From positions 1-64,000 of the forward strand of contig CAVYGB010000008.1 of assembly GCA_963767925.1 (NCBI GenBank): 64,000 nt of DNA, read 5' to 3'. The notes below the pieces were generated by a model. The model ran no database searches, was not told the origin of the DNA, and worked only from the letters and a program-made list of their open reading frames with translations. The number at the start of each line of letters is the position of its first letter. Position 1 is the stretch's first letter. The position numbers and the translations under genes are program-made. Shown here in pieces: positions 19,773 to 30,200 of the stretch. Source of the stretch: an uncultured delta proteobacterium (GTDB taxonomy: Bacteria > Myxococcota_A > Polyangia > Fen-1088).

Positions 19773-19800
19773 GACCAAAGGTCTAGCATGCTTGTCAGAA

Positions 19801-19818
19801 CTACCTACTAGATGGTAG
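19801..19818. promoter_or_regulatory. Probable TetR operator CTACC-TACTAGAT-GGTAG
   Basis: Dyad located between the divergent tetR and cupin genes. Confidence 0.55.
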
Positions 19819-19883
19819 ACAGGGTCATCTTGCCGCGGCTCAGGGGGCCCCCGGGCGGCTCAATCTAACGAGGGAGAAATCCG

Positions 19884-20345
19884 ATGAAGAACACTCTCGC
19901 AGCGCTCACGGTCGTGTTTTGTGGGTTGTGCTGGTCGACTGCGCCGCGGGTGCAGGCCGCGGACAAGGCCAACAAGGGTGCGCTCCTCGTCCCCGCCGCC
20001 GACATCAAATGGAACGACGTGCCCGGCATGGACGGCATCCAGCTGGCCGCCGTCGAGGGCGATCCCAGCAAAGGACCGAGTCACTTCTTCCTCAAGTTCG
20101 TGGGCGGCTTCGCGGCGCCGCTTCATCATCACACCGCCAATCACTTCGGCACGGTCGTGGCGGGAACGCTGGTCCTGACCGTCGATGGCAGCGAGCAGAG
20201 GCTGCCGCCCGGGTCCTTCTTCGGCTTCTCCAAGAAGACCAAACACACCACGGCCTGCGCCGCCGGCGCAGACTGCGTGCTATCGATGGACGCGCGCGGC
20301 AAATGGGACGTGCTCATCGAGGGCGAGAAGGCCGCCAAGAAGTAG
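19884..20345 (+). CDS. Exported cupin-domain protein (DUF4437-like)
   Basis: Signal peptide; GDPSKG, PLHHHT, LPPGSF and HTTAC motifs. Confidence 0.8.
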   Translation: MKNTLAALTVVFCGLCWSTAPRVQAADKANKGALLVPAADIKWNDVPGMDGIQLAAVEGDPSKGPSHFFLKFVGGFAAPLHHHTANHFGTVVAGTLVLTVDGSEQRLPPGSFFGFSKKTKHTTACAAGADCVLSMDARGKWDVLIEGEKAAKK

Positions 20346-20698
20346 CCCGTCGGTCGGCCGGCGCCGGCCGGAGGCCATGCTGGGTGTTCCACCTGGCGAC
20401 CCCCTGCCGGCAGGTCTGTTCTCTCGGTCGCTCCTTTCTGTTATCGGCCGTGCAACATCCGGCGGTTTCGTCCGATAGCCGGGCGACGCCATCCGTATAG
20501 AAGGGAGCCGCCGGTCCAACTTTCGGAGAGGCGGTTGGGGCGGCTCCGTTTCCAGGAGTATTGGACACGACACCTCACTGTCGTGCTCGACCAGGATTGG
20601 GCGGGCCGGAGGTCGGCGCCGCCGCGCCGTTCAGTGGCGCGGTGATCTGCCCCGGGGGATTTGGGATATGACGACCTTCAGGGCATACTTCAGGGGTC

Positions 20699-20971
20699 AT
20701 GACGGTCACAGTCGACCTTCCCGAGTCGGCAATCAAGGCGCTTTCGGCGAACACTGAGAAGGACGCCGTCGCCAAGCTGCGACTGGCGGCCGCCATGAAG
20801 CTGCACGAGCTGGGACATCTCTCCTCGGGTGCGGCTGCAGAGTTGGCCGGCATCACGAAGATCGAGTTCCTCGATCGCATGTCGGAGTACGGCGTGCTCG
20901 CTATTCCGCAGACGCCCGAGGAGGCTGCAGAAGACCTACGGATGCTGCGGGACGCGCGCACCCGTGGCTGA
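20699..20971 (+). CDS. UPF0175 family protein (putative antitoxin)
   Basis: LAAAMKLHELGHLSSGAAAELAGITKIEFL. Confidence 0.85.
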   Translation: MTVTVDLPESAIKALSANTEKDAVAKLRLAAAMKLHELGHLSSGAAAELAGITKIEFLDRMSEYGVLAIPQTPEEAAEDLRMLRDARTRG

Positions 20972-21443
20972 GTACGTCTCCAATACTTCACCGCTGACGC
21001 ATCTGTATCGCGCTGACGCTCTCGACGTCCTCCCCGCAGTTTGCGGCGCCATCCTCATCCCCGACGAGGTTCGCAGTGAGCTGCGCGTGGGAATCGCCCG
21101 CGGCAGGGATGTTCCTGACCCTGATGCCATCACCTGGCTTCAGGTCGTTGCAGCCGAACAACCGCAGGACATCGCGGCGCTCCGCTTGGGTGCCGGCGAA
21201 CGAGGGGTGCTCGCGGTCGCTCGAGAGCGAGAGGCTATCGTGATCCTGGACGACGGGCCGGCGCGCGGGGCCGCCAAACGACTGGGACTACGGGTCACCG
21301 GTACAGTCGGCGTGCTCGTTCAGGCGCGCCACGAGGGCATCCTTTCGGCAGTGCGTCCGGTCTTGGACCGGCTGGAGGCTGGTAGGTTCCGCATGTCGCG
21401 TGAGCTGCGGGACTGGGCACTCGTCCAGTGCGGAGAGAGCTGA
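20964..21443 (+). CDS. DUF3368 / PIN-domain protein (putative toxin)
   Basis: VSNTSPL, IPDEV..EL, LGAGE, ILDD..AR and TGTVGVL motifs; GTG start overlaps the UPF0175 stop. Confidence 0.85.
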   Translation: MAEYVSNTSPLTHLYRADALDVLPAVCGAILIPDEVRSELRVGIARGRDVPDPDAITWLQVVAAEQPQDIAALRLGAGERGVLAVAREREAIVILDDGPARGAAKRLGLRVTGTVGVLVQARHEGILSAVRPVLDRLEAGRFRMSRELRDWALVQCGES

Positions 21444-21621
21444 TGGTCGCGGTCAGCACGCGGCCTCGGGGTTCGCGAGCAGGAAGACGACCACCTCGTG
21501 CGGACCGTGGAGCCGGTCGGCGGGTGCGGCCGCACTGGGCTGGAGGGGTTTTCGGAGGCCACGGCGAAGGCGATGGGTACTGGGGCTGGACGGTGGGCGG
21601 GGTTCCTGGCAGGAAGGTCGG

Positions 21622-24363
21622 ATGCCGGATGGAGTGACCGTGGCAGGGACTGGAACGGCCGCGGACGATGAGGCGTTCGAGACGCTCGTGCAGATCGCCG
21701 GGCGGCGGACCACGCCGGTCCCGGCGGAGATCCTGGTGCGGCACGCGCTGGCGCTGCCGGGGGCCTGGGACTGGCCTGTGCGTCGGGCGGCGTTCGAGGC
21801 GATCTTGCGCCGGTTCGAGTCGGTTCGCGGACAGGACCTGGTGGTGCGGGAGGAACCGCGACAGGGGCCCTGGGGTCGCTATCACCTCGGCCGGGGACGG
21901 GCGAGCGCGGTTCTGCCGTATGACGTGCGGCTCGCTTCGGTGGCGCCGGTCCGGGGCTCGTGTGATTGCGCCGACTTCTTGCGCGGGTCGCTCGGGCTGT
22001 GCAAGCACCTGCTCGCGGTGCTCGTCCACCTGGCGCGCAAGCGTCCGGTCTTTCAGCGGATCCTCGCGACGGCGCCGGCTGGCACGCCGGCCCACGCCAT
22101 CGTCTGGGACGCGGCGGCCTCCATGCCGGGGCCCATCGACCCTCTGGAGGGGCTCGGCCTCCCGCCGGCCACGGCCGGCCCGCGCAAGAGCCGTCGGAGC
22201 GGCAAGGGCGGCTGGTCGCCGGGGGCGCGCGCGCCCGTCCCCTCCGGCCTGGCGCGGCTCTTTCGACCGGACGGGGCGGGCCGCTGGCGACTGAAGGCGA
22301 CGCACCCCGCAGACCCGGCGGCGCGGATGCGCCTCGTCCGCGACCTGGAGGCGCACGCGCGCAGGGCGCGGGCTTCGGCTGACCCCGCCACCCGGGCCGT
22401 GCTCAGCGAGGAGCGTGGGCGGCTCGAGCGTGTGCTGCGCCTCCGCGCGGCGGCCCCACGAATCCAGCGCGCGCTCGCCCGCTCGAAGCGGCGTCTCTAT
22501 GCCTACCAGAAGGAAGGGGTGAGGCGGTTCCTGGTCGAGGGCCGCCTCGTGCTGGCCGACGACATGGGCCTCGGCAAGACCACGCAGGCCATCGTGGCCG
22601 CAAGCGCGCTCTTCGATGTGGGGCTGGTGCAGCGGGGGTTGTTCGTGGTTCCGGCGTCCTTGAAGCCGCAGTGGGAGCGCGAGTGGCGCGCGGTCTCCGA
22701 CGCGCCCTTGCAGATCGTCGAGGGCGGGGCCGAGGACAGGGTTCGCATCTACCGGGCGTCTGATCGCGGGTTTCTGGTGACCAACTACGAGCAGGTCGTG
22801 CGCGACTTCGAGGCCATCGTCCGCTGGGCGCCCGATCTGGTGGTGCTGGACGAGGCGCAGCGGATCAAGAACTGGGCGACGAAGACGGCCCTCACGGTCA
22901 AGCGACTGAAGCCGGAGTTTCGACTGGTCCTGTCGGGGACGCCGATGGAGAACCGCCTCGAGGAGCTGGCCTCGGTGGTCGAGTGGGTCGACGACCGGGC
23001 GCTGGAGCCGAAGTGGCGGCTCGTGCCCTGGCACAGCGCCTATGCCGACGGTGCGCGCGAGGTGGTGGGCGCTCGCAACCTGGACTCGCTGCGGAGCCGG
23101 CTCGCGCCTGTGCTGCTGCGCAGGGTCCGGGCGGAGGTGCTGTCGCAGCTTCCGGCTCGGCAGGACAGCGTCATCCCGGTCGAGCTCACGGCGGAGCAGC
23201 GGGACGCCCACGACGAGCTCCTGCAGCCGATCGCCAAGCTCGCGGCGACCGCGCGGCGCCGGGCGCTGACCCAGGCGGAGTTCTTGCGGTTGATGTCGCT
23301 GCTGCTCACCCAGCGGGTGATCGCCAACGGCATGGCCCAGCTCAACTTCGAAGCGATCTGGCCGGACATCCGGGGCCGCCCGCCGACCACGAAGGTCATC
23401 GAATCGCTCGCCGCCCCCAAGTTGCTCGAGCTGCGCGAGCTGATCGCGAGCCTGGTGGTCACCCAGAAGCGCAAGGTGGTGGTGTTCAGCCAGTGGCGGC
23501 GCATGCTCGATCTGGCGGCCTGGGCGGTGTCGGATCTGCTGGCGCCGGAGGGGCTGCGGTCACTCTTCTTCACCGGCCAGGAGGGGGGCCGACGCCGCAC
23601 CCAGAACCTGGTGGACTTCCACGACGATCCCCGGGCGGCCGTGCTGTTCCTGACCGACGCGGGCGGGGTCGGCCTCAACCTCCAGAAGGCGGCCAACGCC
23701 TGCATCAATCTGGAGCTGCCCTGGAACCCGGCCGTGCTCGAGCAACGCATCGGCCGGATCCACCGCCTCGGACAGAAGCGACCGATCGACGTCTACAACC
23801 TGGTCAGCCGCGCTTGCATCGAGGAGCGGATCGCCAGCCTCGTGGCCGACAAGCGGGCGCTGTTCAAGGGGCTCTTCGACGGCAGCACCGACCAGCTCCG
23901 GTTCGAGGGCTCGGGCGCGCTCCGCCAGGTGCTGGCGCGGCTCACGGCCGGGATGGAGGAGACGCCGTCTTCGACCGGAGAGCAGGACGAGGAAAACAGC
24001 GAAGGTCGAGCTCTCCTCGCGCCGGCCGTGCCCGGCGGCGATCCGGAGGGACAGCCTCAGGCAGCCGGCGGAGGCGTGGACGATCTGATGGCGGCGGCCG
24101 AGCCAGCGGAGCTTCGCCGGCAAGGGACGCCTGCCCTCCGCGACGGTGCGTCGGCCAGCTCGGACGACGTGGAGCGGCTGTTCGAGGCGCTCACGGTGGA
24201 GCGTGGCGCGGACGGTGGCATCCGCATCCAGGCGCCACCCCACGCGGCGCGGGCCCTGGTCTCGCTGTTCGCAGGCATGGCACGGCTCCTGGGAGCGGTC
24301 GAGGAGGTTTCGCCACCCCGGCCGCCCGGGAACGGCGCCCCCGCCGCTCTGCGCGATGCCTGA
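21622..24363 (+). CDS. SWIM zinc-finger SNF2-family helicase/ATPase
   Basis: SWIM CDC...CKH; LADDMGLGKT, DEAQRIKN, SGTPMEN, FSQW, GGVGLNLQ and QRIGRIHRLGQ. Confidence 0.9.
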   Translation: MPDGVTVAGTGTAADDEAFETLVQIAGRRTTPVPAEILVRHALALPGAWDWPVRRAAFEAILRRFESVRGQDLVVREEPRQGPWGRYHLGRGRASAVLPYDVRLASVAPVRGSCDCADFLRGSLGLCKHLLAVLVHLARKRPVFQRILATAPAGTPAHAIVWDAAASMPGPIDPLEGLGLPPATAGPRKSRRSGKGGWSPGARAPVPSGLARLFRPDGAGRWRLKATHPADPAARMRLVRDLEAHARRARASADPATRAVLSEERGRLERVLRLRAAAPRIQRALARSKRRLYAYQKEGVRRFLVEGRLVLADDMGLGKTTQAIVAASALFDVGLVQRGLFVVPASLKPQWEREWRAVSDAPLQIVEGGAEDRVRIYRASDRGFLVTNYEQVVRDFEAIVRWAPDLVVLDEAQRIKNWATKTALTVKRLKPEFRLVLSGTPMENRLEELASVVEWVDDRALEPKWRLVPWHSAYADGAREVVGARNLDSLRSRLAPVLLRRVRAEVLSQLPARQDSVIPVELTAEQRDAHDELLQPIAKLAATARRRALTQAEFLRLMSLLLTQRVIANGMAQLNFEAIWPDIRGRPPTTKVIESLAAPKLLELRELIASLVVTQKRKVVVFSQWRRMLDLAAWAVSDLLAPEGLRSLFFTGQEGGRRRTQNLVDFHDDPRAAVLFLTDAGGVGLNLQKAANACINLELPWNPAVLEQRIGRIHRLGQKRPIDVYNLVSRACIEERIASLVADKRALFKGLFDGSTDQLRFEGSGALRQVLARLTAGMEETPSSTGEQDEENSEGRALLAPAVPGGDPEGQPQAAGGGVDDLMAAAEPAELRRQGTPALRDGASASSDDVERLFEALTVERGADGGIRIQAPPHAARALVSLFAGMARLLGAVEEVSPPRPPGNGAPAALRDA

Positions 24364-24417
24364 GGCCCGTCGACCCGCCGGCGATCGCGCCGATGGGCTA
24401 TCCTGCGAGGCTCTGCG

Positions 24418-25956
24418 GTGCCCGAGCGACGTCACGAAGTCTTTGCCCATCTGAACGCCGAACGAGCGCCCCTCTATCGGGGGCTGCTGGCGGCGTTCGT
24501 CCGGGCCAAGCAGGGCTTTGCCTTGCACCTGCGGCCGGCCGACCTGGAACGCGTCCTGCATCAGGGCGGGACGCCGGTGGAGTCGGAGACGGTGTCGAGC
24601 GCGCTCGCGCAGCTCGTGACCTGGGGCAACCTGGAGGCCCACCCCGACACCGCCGAGGTGGCCACGGTGGCGGAGTTCTACCAGACGCGGCACCTGTTCC
24701 AGCTCAGCCAGGCCGGCGAGGCGGCCGAGCGGGCCATCGCCCTGTACGATCAGATCCTCGGCGAGGCCGGCGAGTTGCAGGCGGTCGCCCTGGGCGACAT
24801 CCGGGTGCTGCTCGAGGAGCTGCTCGAGCTCGCCGCGGCCGAGAGGCTCGATGCGGGCAAGGTCCACCGGGCCCTGCTGGCGCTGCGCGCGCGCTTCGAC
24901 GAGCTGGTGGCCAAGGCCCAGGCCTTCATGGGCAGCCTGCAGCGGACCATCGACCTTCACGGCCTGTCGGTGACGGCGCTGCTGGCCTACAAGGAGACGC
25001 TGGTCGACTACCTCGAGCGGTTCATCGGCGAGCTGCTCCTCGCCACCGCCGAGATCGCGCGCTTGCTGGAACGCCTCGATGGCGAGCACGTCGAGCGCAT
25101 CCTGGCGGCGGTGGCGGCGCGCGAGCTGGCGGATGTGATGGCGCCGGGCCCCGCCGAGCGAGCGACGGCCGAGGCCTCCTGGCGCCTGCGCTGGGCGGGG
25201 CTGCGCTCCTGGTTCCTCGGGGAGGCGGGAGCGCCGTCGCAGTCGGAGATCCTGCGGCAGCGGGCCCGCTCGGCCATTCCGGCGCTGCTGTCGGCGGTGG
25301 CCAGCCTCAACGACCGCCGGGTGGCCCGCAGCGACCGGGCGGCCGACCTGCGCGCGCTGGCGATGTGGTTCGCCGAGGCCCCCAGCGACGAAGCGGCCCA
25401 TCGCCTCTGGCGGGCGGCGTTCGCGCTGGCTCCGGCGCGCCACCTGGCCGTCGATGAGGAGACGCTCGCTGCCCGGGAGGCCAACCCGATCCCCGCGCAG
25501 ACCTCCTGGCTGGAGGCCCCTCCGATCGGCATCTCACCCCGGCTGCGGGAGTCCGGGCGCTGGACCCGACCCGGCCCGGCGGCCCGGGTGATCGATCGCA
25601 GCCGGGAACGCGCGGCGCTCGAGCGGCTGATGGCCGAGGAGGCCGCGCAGATCGAGGCCGCGCGCCGCCGGCTGGCCACCGGCCAGCGCATGCGGCTGTC
25701 CGAGCTGGGGGCGCTGGGGAGGACCGAGTTCGACCTGCTCCTCGATCTCATCGGCGAGGCGCTCGCCACCCGGGTCCGCGACCTGGATCTGGTGGAGGTC
25801 GCCTCCAGCGACGGCAGCCTGGTCATCCGGCTCGAGGCGCCCGGGGACGGCGCGCGCACGACCCTCGAGACCGAAGGGGGGCGGCTCGAGGCCCCCGACT
25901 TCACCGTGACCATTCGCGACGGGTTTGTCGGGGAGGAGGCCTTCCTCGCCTCATGA
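24418..25956 (+). CDS. jetA: Wadjet type II JetA (TIGR02677/DUF2397)
   Basis: L.QLV.WGNL...PDTA.VATV.EF, F..YK..L..YL..FI-like segment, W.GL..WF and AF.L..ARHL; operon position. Confidence 0.85.
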   Translation: MPERRHEVFAHLNAERAPLYRGLLAAFVRAKQGFALHLRPADLERVLHQGGTPVESETVSSALAQLVTWGNLEAHPDTAEVATVAEFYQTRHLFQLSQAGEAAERAIALYDQILGEAGELQAVALGDIRVLLEELLELAAAERLDAGKVHRALLALRARFDELVAKAQAFMGSLQRTIDLHGLSVTALLAYKETLVDYLERFIGELLLATAEIARLLERLDGEHVERILAAVAARELADVMAPGPAERATAEASWRLRWAGLRSWFLGEAGAPSQSEILRQRARSAIPALLSAVASLNDRRVARSDRAADLRALAMWFAEAPSDEAAHRLWRAAFALAPARHLAVDEETLAAREANPIPAQTSWLEAPPIGISPRLRESGRWTRPGPAARVIDRSRERAALERLMAEEAAQIEAARRRLATGQRMRLSELGALGRTEFDLLLDLIGEALATRVRDLDLVEVASSDGSLVIRLEAPGDGARTTLETEGGRLEAPDFTVTIRDGFVGEEAFLAS

Positions 25957-27209
25957 GCGCCCACGCGCAACAGGTGGTCGCCGATCGCCAGGCGGCGATG
26001 CGGGCCCTGCTCGCGCACCCGCTGCTGACGGCCGCGCGCCAGCGGGAGGCGCTGGCGCTGGTGCGGGTGCACACGGAGTGGCTGCGCGGGTGGCTCGGGC
26101 GCAACTGCGGCTGGACGCTGCAGGTGGACGCCGAGCAGGCCCGCCTGCGCAAGACACCGGCCGATCACCTCGACGGCAGCCGCGGGGCCCGGGACAGCGC
26201 CAGCGACCTGCCGTTCTCGCGCCGCCGTTACGCCCTCTTCTGCCTGGCCCTGGCGGCGCTCGAGCGCGGCGATCGACAGACCACCCTCGGCAACATCGCC
26301 GACGAGGTGAGCGTCGCGGTGGCCGGTCAGCCGGGGTTCGCCGCGGCCGGTATGGGGTTCGATCTCGCCGAGCGCGAGAGCCGGCGGGATCTGGTTCACG
26401 TGGTCCGCTTGCTGCTCGAGCTGCGGGTGCTGGTCCGGCTGCACGGACAGGAGGAGCACTTCGTCGAGCGTCGGGGAGACGTCCTTTACAACCTGGCCCG
26501 ACCGGCGATGTCGGCGCTGCTCGCCGTCCGGCGGGCGCCCTCCAGCATCCCGGCGCCCGCCTTCGAGGAGAGGCTCGCCGCCCTCCTCGACGAGCCGGTA
26601 GGGCAGGGTGAGGAGGCGCGCAACCGCCACCTGCGCCACCGGCTGATGCGCCGCCTGCTCGACGATCCGGTGGTGTATTACGACGGCCTCGACAGCGACG
26701 AGCGCGCTTATCTCGTCAGCCAGCGGCCTCACCTGCTGCGGCTGATCGAGGAGGCGACCGGGCTGGTCGGTGAGGTGCGCCGGGAGGGGATCGCCCTGGT
26801 GGACCCCGAGGGGTCGCTGACCGACCTCGGCATGCCCGAGCAGGGGACCGAGGGGCACGTGGCGCTGCTGGTGGCGGAGTTCCTGGCGCAGCGGTCCCGC
26901 GCGGGCCTGGCCCGGGCGGCCGGGGTGGTGGTCCCGCTGGCCGAGATCATCGCCCACGTGGCCGCCAGGAAGCGCGAGCATCGTTCGCACTGGCGCAAGG
27001 ACGCGCTGGCGCCCGGCGCGGAGGTCGCCCTGGCGGCGCAAGCCCTGGCCACCCTCGAGGCGCTGAGGCTGGTCACGCGGGCCGGCGATGGCGTGCGCGC
27101 GCTCCCGGCTGTCGGACGTTTCCGGCTGCTGGCGCCGACCGTGCGGGCGCGCGGCAAGGGTGCGGTCCAGACCGCGCTCTTCGGTGACTCCGAGGGAGGC
27201 GCGCCGTGA
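25953..27209 (+). CDS. jetB: Wadjet type II JetB (TIGR02678/DUF2398)
   Basis: ARLRK, FSRRRYALFCLALA, RRLLDDPVVYY and E.R.EG.ALVD motifs; ATGA overlap. Confidence 0.85.
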   Translation: MSAHAQQVVADRQAAMRALLAHPLLTAARQREALALVRVHTEWLRGWLGRNCGWTLQVDAEQARLRKTPADHLDGSRGARDSASDLPFSRRRYALFCLALAALERGDRQTTLGNIADEVSVAVAGQPGFAAAGMGFDLAERESRRDLVHVVRLLLELRVLVRLHGQEEHFVERRGDVLYNLARPAMSALLAVRRAPSSIPAPAFEERLAALLDEPVGQGEEARNRHLRHRLMRRLLDDPVVYYDGLDSDERAYLVSQRPHLLRLIEEATGLVGEVRREGIALVDPEGSLTDLGMPEQGTEGHVALLVAEFLAQRSRAGLARAAGVVVPLAEIIAHVAARKREHRSHWRKDALAPGAEVALAAQALATLEALRLVTRAGDGVRALPAVGRFRLLAPTVRARGKGAVQTALFGDSEGGAP

Positions 27210-30200
27210 CGGCGGGGGAGGGCGGCGCTGCCGGACTGCCGCACCCTGCGCGCGAGCGGTTCCAGCCGCTGCGCGGGGGGCTGGTGAACCTGTTCCGGTA
27301 CGACGACCAGCAGTTCGGGTTCGAGGACGGACATCTGCTCCTGCGCGGCAACAACGGCACCGGCAAGTCCCGGGTGCTGGCGCTGCAGCTCCCCTTCCTG
27401 TTCGACGGGGAGATCGCGCCCCACCGCATGGAGCCAGACGGCGATCCGGCCAAGCGCGCGGAGTGGAACCTGCTGCTGGGAGGGCGCTACCCGGACCGGC
27501 TGGGTTACACCTGGCTGGAGCTGGGGCGGCTGGCGCCGGGCACCGAGCGGGGCGAGGAGTACGTGACTCTGGGGTGTGGCCTGTCGGCGGCGGCCGGTCG
27601 CGGCCTGGTGGGCCGCTGGTTCTTCATCACCAGCAAGCGCGTCGGGCGCGATCTGCACCTCGTGACCGGGGCGGGGCAGGCGCTGTCGCGCGAGCGGCTG
27701 GGCGAGGCGCTGGGTGAGTCCGGAACCGTTTACACCACCGCCTCGGCCTACCGGGAAGGGGTAGACCAGGCGCTGTTCCGGCTCGGCAAGGCGCGCTACG
27801 AGGCGCTGGTCAACCTGCTCATCCAGCTCCGGCAGCCGCAGCTCTCGCGGCAGCTCGACGAGGGGCGGCTGTCCGAGGCGCTGTCGCAGGCCCTGCCGCC
27901 CCTGGCATCCAGCCTGATCGCCGACGTGGCCGACGCCTTCCGGGCGCTCGAGGCGGATCGGGACGCGCTGGAGGGCTTCCGCTCCGCCAGCCGGGCGGTC
28001 GAGCAGTTCCTGGCGGAGTACCGGCGATACGCTCAGATCGCCGCCCGTCGCCGGGCCGGCGCCGTGCGTACGCGCCACTCCGCGTACGAGGGGGCGATGC
28101 GCCAGCTCCGGGAGGCGGAGCGAGAGATAGAGCAGGCCACCCAGGAGCAGGCCGACGTCGACGGCCGGGTGGCCCGCGCCCGGGTGGACGAGGAGGCGGC
28201 CCTGGCGACCGCCGAGGCCCTGGGGGCCAGTCCCGCCATGCAGGACGCGCAGGCGCTCCGCCGGGCGCGAGAAGCGGAAGAGCGGGGCCGGCTGGACGTC
28301 GACCGCGCCTCGCGCGAGGCCGCCGCCCGCGCCGAGCGCCGCGAGGAAGGCCAGCGTGAGGTCGCGCGGGCAAGGTCCCAGCTCGACGCGGCGATGGCCA
28401 GCCTGGCCGAGCTGGGCCGGCGGCTGGAGCAGGCGGCGGCCAGCGCCGGGATCGGCGGGCGGCACCTGTCCGCCTGGTCGCCCGTGCCGGCAGGGCCGGC
28501 CGACGACGAGGGGCGCGACGAGGAGGTGGTGCGCGCCCTGGCGGCGCTGGTCGAGGAGCGCCGGCGGTCGCTGCGCCACCTGCGCACGCTGGAGGCGGCG
28601 CTGCGAAAGGCAGAGGGGCTGCTGGATCAGGCCAGAGCGGCGGCGGCCACGGTCGAGGCGGATACCGACGAGGCGGCCGCGGCTCAGCGCCAGGCCGGGA
28701 CCGCGCTGGACGCGGCGGTCGAGGCCCTGCGCAACCGTTACCGCGCCTTCGTCGCGCAGGCCCGCGAGCTGGCCCTGCCCCCCCTGGAGGAGCTGGTGGA
28801 CGCGCTCGCCGACTGGGCCGCCGAGCCGGAGGGGGCCTCGCCGGTCGCGCGGGCGGTGGCTTCGGCGCTGGCCCTGGGTCTCGAGGGAGTCGCGGAGCTG
28901 CGGGCCGAGGCCGAGCGCCGGCTGCGCGAGCAGCAGAGCGTGCTGGAGGCGCTGCGGGCGGAGCAAGCCAACCTCGAGGCCGGGGTGCACCGTCCTCCGG
29001 ACGCGCCGATCACGCGCGGGCCGGACGTGCGAACGGATCGGGCGGGGGCTCCGTTCTGGCAGGTGGTCGACTTCGCGGATGGTCTGCCGGCCGAACACCG
29101 GGCGGCGCTGGAAGCCGCCCTCGAAGCAGCGGGGATCCTCGATGCCTGGGTGAGTCCCGACGGGATGCTGCTGGGGCCGGGCGACCACGACGTCCGCCTC
29201 CTGGCGGCCGGCCCCGAGATCGCCAGCGGCCGGCACCTCGGGACGGTCCTGCGCCCGGTGCCGGATCTTCCCTCCGCTGCGGCGCCGCCAGAGGCGCCAG
29301 AGACACAAAAGTCACCACGACCGGTGGTCACGGTCGAGCTGGTCGAGGCGCTGCTGGCGCGGATCGCCTTCGGCGACCCGGGCGGCCATGAAGGGCGCGA
29401 AGGACGTGACGAGCCCGTGATGGTGGACCTGGAGGGGCGGTTCCGGCTGGGCCCGCTGGCCGGACGTTACGGCAAGACCGCCGCGGAGCACGTCGGGGAG
29501 GGCGCCCGGCAGGCCGCCCGCCGCCGCCGGCTGGAGGCGCTGGTCCTGGAGATCCGGCAAGCCGCCGAGGCGGCGCAGGCGATCCAGCAAGAGCTGGCGG
29601 CGCTCGGGCGGCGGGCCGCGCTGGCGCGGGCCGAAGCAGCCGCTGCCCCCGACGACCAGCCGATCCGGGTCGCCGCCGCCGAGCTCGAGGCCTGCGGGCG
29701 CCGGCTCGATGCCCTGCGCACGCGGCTGGCGGAGGCGCAGCGCCGGGTCCTCGAGCTGGAGGCGGCCCGGGTGGCGCGGCGGTCGGCCTTCGAGGAAGCC
29801 GGCCGGGATCTCGGCCTCCTGGCCTACCTCGAGAACCTGTCGGAGCTGGAGGAGGTGCTGGCCCGGTACGCCGCCGAGGTCGCGGCGCTGCCGCCGACGC
29901 TGCGCAACCGCAGGTCGGCGCACGGGCGGTCCGAGGCGGCGGCGCGGGTCGCCGCCCGGGCCGACGCGGAGCTGGCGTCGGCGGAGGCGCGCCTGGCCGA
30001 GCTGCGGGGCCTGGCGGCCAGGCTGGCGGCCGAGCGCGACGTCCTCGAGAGCTCGGTGGGCGCGGCCGCCGAGGAGATCCTCACCCGCTTCGCGGAGGCC
30101 CAGCGGCTGGTCAAGGCCGCCCGGGCGCTGCGCGACCGGCTCGCCGGCGAGGAGCGGAAGGCGCTCGAGCGGGCGGTCCGGGCCAGCGGCGCGCGCGAGC

